Shown piece after piece: positions 55,601-64,000 of a stretch of DNA of 64,000 nt. Position 1 is the stretch's first letter. Each line of letters starts with the position of its first letter. Source of the stretch: Tubulanus polymorphus (taxonomy: Eukaryota > Animalia > Nemertea); NCBI RefSeq assembly GCF_964204645.1, contig NC_134026.1, forward strand, positions 24,772,150 through 24,836,149, written 5' to 3'. The translations under genes were made by a program, and so were the position numbers. A model generated the notes under the pieces. It was not told where the DNA came from and made no database searches. It saw nothing but the letters and a program-made list of their open reading frames with translations.

Positions 55601-58559
55601 TTAGTCAATTCATCCGCTTTTCGGCAAGCGTATTCATAATACATGTTTCGTATGCCTTCCAGTACGGCCATACGTAATCTCAGACTGTATCTGAACGAGC
55701 GCTGTTCAGCTTGAACGGCGCGTAAATAACGATTCTGTAAATCATCCAAATTCTGGTTCAATAACACAATCTGTTGACACGACGAACGGAAACGATTTTC
55801 GGTTTTGCGAATTTCGGCGAATATCGTAGAATTGCCGTCCTGGTTCAGGCCCGGGAGATTTCTCCGTACGCCGTCTATGACGTTATTATTGTTCGTATTG
55901 TTGGAGTTTAATCCGTTTATCGTACTGTTTAAAGTACTAACTCCCGCTATAGCGGGAGATGAGGTCCGTAGTGCGGTCGACATCGATCTGGTAATCACAC
56001 CGTTTTCACGCGAGCGCATCAGTCGCCTTCTCGCTCGACGACGAAACATTATTATCTGAAATAAATAAAACCCATGTTTTGAAATATCGCGATAATTTCA
56101 GCAGATACCGCCGACTCAATATCAAATTGTTGTATTGGTCAAAGAAATGGTAATATAGTCACGAAATGACTAACAACTTCTTACAATTCTTCAATTCTCT
56201 ACTTACTACAGCCTGATGAGCTGAAGGAAAGTTACCGTCTTACGAGTTCTTCCCTACGCGAATATTCTATCGAAGTTCTTTATCCACATCTTTGTCCTCT
56301 ATGCTTCTGAATCATTTGCGGTTTCGGAGCAAATTCTGGTATTTTGAATAACAATATTACGCCCTAATTCTTGGATTTTAGTTCTGACTTACTATTTCGC
56401 ACTTCTCTACATTATATGGTGGTAGCGACCTTGGCCTTGTAGCGGCGGGTATACTGTGATTTAGCGGATATTATGGCGCGCCGATAGTGACAATATTAAA
56501 TAGCTCGCGTTGCGGGCTTAGTGCGCCGGGCACATTTACGTGGTATTCGCGTTTCTGAAAAACGATACAAAAATTGATTTGATTTAGAGATCTATCATAT
56601 GATATGGCATTTCATTGATTTTGAAAGCCAAACATCGCCCCATCCAACGTCACAATTATATACGTACCAAAAAATGAAATCGTTTTAAACTTCGTCGGAC
56701 ATAATTAATTTGGAGAATCGATAACCTAAATTTGCCTTTCATTTGATTCTTGCTAAATTTTAGGTTTACATACGTCTTCATCTATGACATCTGAATGCAC
56801 AGAATTAGAAATTGGTGACCGTGTTCTTGTAGCTGGTCAACGCAAGGGAACTGTTAAGTTCATAGGTGAAACGCAGTTTTCTCCAGGTTAGAAACAATTA
56901 TATTATCTGCATGACTATGATTTTTTATTTACCTTCAATTTGACATTTTTTTAACTTCGAATTTTATGAGAATTCAGTACATTTGATTTGTAATTGATAT
57001 TTTGGGTATATTGATATTGATTCATGCGCTCAGCCCTTATGTACAAATAGGTGTATTTTTATTCATTAATAAATAGGTACATGGTACGGTATTGAGTTGG
57101 ATAGATCAGTTGGTAAAAATGATGGTGCCGTGAATGGAGTGCGATATTTTACTTGCCGTCCGAGACGTGGAGTATTTGCTCCAATATCAAGGCTCAAACT
57201 GTAAGCATTTGAACTTATTTTCATCATGGAACAAAAAACCAGAGCTATTGATTTGATATTCCTGGTATATTTCGACAGGTTGATTCCTGGTCATCTGGTG
57301 GGTTCAAATGAATCAATAGACAGTAGTGCCAGTATGGATACGTGGACGGATCGAGAGAAAAAACTTTCAGGTACGAAAATGTAACATTTCATTATCTAAA
57401 TACCACCTCAGGTTAATGTTAGTTTTATCTTGCATTTATTGTGTTTATAGCGGCTGTCAATAAACGCAGTAAGTCTTTTTTTTAGTATTTCACGTAACAT
57501 AGGCAGGTTTTGATTGAACTTAATCCGGATTAGAAATAGCGATTCCAGATAACAAACTCTCTACCGCCCTTCTATCAGATTTACCGATTAATCTAGTCCA
57601 GAGTAGATGTGTATTTCTAGTCTAAACGAACACACCAGAAGAGTATTCCAGAATCAGTAGAGACCAATCAAAACCTGCCTTAGTATTTTGATTAGTGTTA
57701 ATGTACTGTAGTAGGTGCTTTGAAGAATATTTTCTCTTTATACACAGGTCTTTCAAATGCTTTTGTAACAATTTTGATAAAGATGTTTGTTATACACTTG
57801 TAGTAGTAGGTTTTCTAACAAAGGACTTATGGGTGCTCGCACAATGTTGTCTCACCATGAATACTGGGTATTGAATGGTGTTTTTATTTCCTTTCCCCAC
57901 ACACCTGCCATCCAAACTTTACAAAAGCTCTGAAATCAAACAAATATTTCTATTTTTTCAGGAAGACAAAGAGGCGGAAGTTTGTCTAGTTTAAATCTCT
58001 CATCTTCACCCAGCAAGTCTGAGCAAAATCGGTGAGTTCCTTTTCTTTGCTTATTCTTTTCTTTCAAAAATAAAACATGTTTATCTGCATTACATGCATT
58101 TGTTTTATATAAACAGACCTAATAGCAGTAACAGTGGCAGTCATCGAAGAACTTCAAAAGTCACCTCAGATTCTGAACAGTACCTGAAAGTTGGCATGAG
58201 TTGTTTTTGCAATAATGAACTTGGTACATACCTCGGTTATTTATTCACGTTGGTATTCATTCAGATCCTTGTATTTTTGTCTTCATCTTTTGTCCATTTC
58301 TATCATGTATGTAGGTACCATCCGTTATATTGGACCGACAGATTTCGCTGAAGGTATCTGGTTGGGTGTCGAATTACGAACTCCAAAAGGAAAAAACGAC
58401 GGGACTGTCCAAGGATATCGTTTCTTTCATTGTAAACCAAATCATGGACTTTTAGTAAGGCCAAGTAAAATATCAGTGCGTGGAATCAATGGTGCCAAGT
58501 TATTGGGCGATATCCACTCCTCATCAACTCCTAATGAAAGTCAACAACCTGCTTCGTAA
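49672..58559 (+). CDS. CLIP4: CAP-Gly domain-containing linker protein 3/4-like (ankyrin repeats + three CAP-Gly domains)
   Basis: RGANADDRDGLTDMTILQYAAKAG, RCRWTNMTALHYAAYFDVP and GTPLHIAA (ANK). Three GKNDG CAP-Gly motifs at ~53930, ~57112 and ~58390. Stop at 58557-58559. Three CAP-Gly domains favour the CLIP4 type. Confidence 0.85.
50741..50773. repeat. Imperfect (GA)n microsatellite
   Basis: AGAGAGAGAGAGAGAGATAGTGAGTGAGAGAGAG. Confidence 0.85.
54336..54454. mobile_element. Short TA-flanked CAGTGG...CTACTG MITE-like element
   Basis: TA|CAGTGGAATCTC ... CAACTCTACTG|TA with imperfect terminal inverted repeats. Confidence 0.45.
55504..56049 (-). CDS. Uncharacterised 181-aa protein nested antisense in a CLIP intron
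   Basis: Clean ATG-TGA ORF with GC above the flank. Splice acceptor TTTCAG 6 nt before the ATG, upstream donor GTAAGT at ~56205, and AATAAA signals on the minus strand at ~54557 and ~54572. Confidence 0.8.
   Translation of the reverse strand: MFRRRARRRLMRSRENGVITRSMSTALRTSSPAIAGVSTLNSTINGLNSNNTNNNNVIDGVRRNLPGLNQDGNSTIFAEIRKTENRFRSSCQQIVLLNQNLDDLQNRYLRAVQAEQRSFRYSLRLRMAVLEGIRNMYYEYACRKADELTNLRCQVFGSSEGGDEMLSDSESDAEDSDENNQ
57451..57468 (+). other. 18-nt frame-preserving microexon of the CLIP gene
   Basis: TTTATAG|CGGCTGTCAATAAACGCA|GTAAGT, phase 1-1 with the flanking exons ending at 57370 and starting at 57962. Confidence 0.65.
57501..57680. mobile_element. MITE with perfect 16-bp terminal inverted repeats (PIF/Harbinger-like)
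   Basis: AGGCAGGTTTTGATTG (57501-57516) and CAATCAAAACCTGCCT (57665-57680), with ATA/TTA-like flanks. Confidence 0.75.
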
Positions 58560-60029
58560 ATTCTATTCGAGCAATTTTTTTGTAAATCATAATTCATTAT
58601 CTCTGATGAGGCTATGATTTTTTGTGCAAATAATCATCAATGAATTTCATTTACTTTGCAAAGTCTATATGGATTTAGGTATTTTGTATTCAGAGCTTCC
58701 TACTCTTTGTACATGTAGTTAGTTCTCTTGTACATTGTTAAGTGGATTATCAAATGTTGGATATTTATTTAAGATTCTATTTTAAGGTAGTGGTCTAATG
58801 CTGTAGGTGATATTATTAAAACAAAAACAAATGTAACCCTGTTTACCGCTAGTCAAATATATCCGCCCCATGTATTAATCAATTAAGTGCCTTATAAGTA
58901 ATATAATGAGCAAAACTAATGGTATGCATACCAATACAACCCACCCACCGTTAAAACATGTTTACACTGAAAAGTTTCATATTTTCATGTAAAGTTTACA
59001 TGCACAGAAATTAGTAAATTACATACTGCTTATGATTTATGAAAATTATTTATGAATACTATTTAAACAGTAATTATTTATTGTATTTATTTTATAAAAT
59101 AAAATTAATCTGTCAGCTGTATTCGCAGTGTTGCGCGTTTGCTCTATTAAGGTATTGCTTTTAAGATATCCAAATTGATTTCATTTCAACCATTTGGAAG
59201 CATCTGGGTCTACCTACAGGCCCGTATGCCTATACAGCCCCTCCAGGGGTGGGAGTATGCAGTGAAGGTGAAACAACTCGGCTATTGGACATAAGGCTCG
59301 AATCAAAGTTATTTCACATTAGGCAGACGAGTCGGCATCATCATCGATTTCAATAATATTTCGTAGCATTGGGCGCAGTAAATATTTACACCATGTGTAC
59401 CGAAAGCCTTATTTCTGTAAAGTAAGAAGTTTTCAAAGCAAAATGAGAAAACATTGTAGATCCTATCCAATTAAGACAGAAGATGTCAATACGTTACCTG
59501 GCCTTTATTGCTCTAAAGACATGTGTTCAATAAAATTACTTACATTACAATGGAAATAAATGCATCCACATTTCTTAAATGTACAATCCAGTATTAAAAA
59601 CACTAGCATCGTTTATACAAATATGTAAATAAAATAATTACATGTCCCAAAAAGAATTAGTATAAGTGAATAACCATTAACTATACAAAGCATCAGCATA
59701 TATAAAATTACTTATGAATGTACTTAGTCGATGAAATAAATGAGCATGAAAATCTATCATTTTATCAATTCTTTTAATGGAAAAAGTTTCAACAATTAAG
59801 GAGCTTTATAGCACAATATGTACCGTGAAAAACAGCATTATTGACTGGAAAGTACTGAAAACGATAAATTACATTTGACGTTATTTTACACAAACAGTCA
59901 CTGCCTAGCTTCATCTCAAGCCTCCCAGTCGCAGCATTGTGAAATGAGATCCTTGAATGACTGAAATTTCAAAAAGTGAGTCAACTAAATATTCCAGTCT
60001 ATCGTGACAATCTTTAGCACGAATTCTCA

Positions 60030-62765
<2,736 letters not shown>

Positions 62766-63306
62766 TTTGTCCCGTATTGTGCTGCCACCTAGCAAGCGGA
62801 TGATCTACAGTTCAAAGATTTTCTTTCACTCCAAACTGCTCGAATTACGAAGCTCAGTCCATCTTGCGTTTTTGAATAGGGTTCTTTGTGATAAATACTT
62901 AATATATTTACTGGTTACCGTGCGATGGTTTCGATTTACAATCAGTTATTGGAAAAATAACAACAAAGCTCAGCAGAATAGCGATCAGTAGATATTCCTA
63001 GATGGCGCCACCAGCTGGTAGTCCGATTTGGTTGAATACATTTCCTAATACTGACCAACATAAAACCGAAAGAAATAAGCGATATATAAGAGATATATAA
63101 TAAGAGCATATAACTTAAAACTATCACATATTTATTCAGAAATCAAACAAATTACTAAAATTGTGACATACATAAAGAAAAAATATCACATTCTGAGGCT
63201 GTAAGAGTCCAATTTTGTAGTTTCTATCGTTTCCAGTCCTGTGAAATCAATCGTAGCAAAATGTCATCCAATGACATACGAGCTTAATAAGTCAGATTTG
63301 TCTCCA

Positions 63307-64000
63307 TTAGCTTAATTCAAATCCTGCACCGGATTCAATGGCGTACAGAAGTTTATTTCGCATGGTTTCTTCGTCTTTAAACTCCGGCAATTTCAGAAGA
63401 TTCATACACGTACTGGCTGTAGGCAATCTGTCCTCTTCATTTCCACCGAAATGAATACAGAATGCTGGATATAAATCCTACAGAAAGAGGTTTATGAAGC
63501 TGAATTTTGCATGAACAAGTTAACAATTGCTAAAGATATGCTGTGACATTCTTGAAATACCTTGAATCCGAGCAGAGGTGGCCTCGAACAGCTGGTCACA
63601 AACTTCAGAAGTTGGGCACGTTCTTTTTGGTTGAATGTCTCGACTACTTTCCAGAAGTTACTAATCACAATATGATCAGCAGCGTATCCTCCTAAAATAA
63701 TCAGCAGTAGATTTTAATAAACCATTGACTCTGAGCGCTGCATGGTCCTTGCACAATGAGAGGTCCTCACCGGAATAATTTGTGTGCTGTTTAAGATCTT
63801 CAAGGTCAATCGGAATCTGGGCACCGGAGATCAATATCTGAAGTTCGTGTTGATCAAACATTCGTAACCATTCCAAATTGACAACATCTGCTAAACCTTG
63901 TCGAAATGCATTGCTCTGCGCTCTGATTTGTCGATTCAAGCGATAATCAGCGACTCTGTGAATATATTCTATTCTATTTATGTTCGTTACTGGTATATCG
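63307..64000 (-). CDS. UBE3C: HECT E3 ubiquitin ligase UBE3C, 3' exons (gene continues beyond the window)
   Basis: [65 protein letters not shown]. Confidence 0.9.

Overview
AT-rich, intron-containing eukaryotic (metazoan, most likely invertebrate/spiralian by inference) genomic DNA with short introns. The first ~33 kb is a minus-strand tandem array of nine SLC17/sialin-like MFS anion-transporter genes. The two outer copies keep canonical SLC17 motifs. The seven inner copies share a remodelled substrate/proton-binding site, and some carry apparent lesions. The array also holds exon relics, MITEs and a LINE retrotransposon with an intact ORF2 that follows ORF1 in the same frame across a single TAG and has no usable ATG. 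The rest of the window carries a PX-SH3-SH3 (p47phox/NOXO1-like) gene, DDX41, casein kinase 1 alpha, a CLIP3/4-type ankyrin + CAP-Gly gene with an unknown antisense gene nested in an intron, HDAC3 and the 3' end of UBE3C. Gene coordinates are start-to-stop spans including introns, assembled by eye from GT-AG boundaries. No database searches were run.
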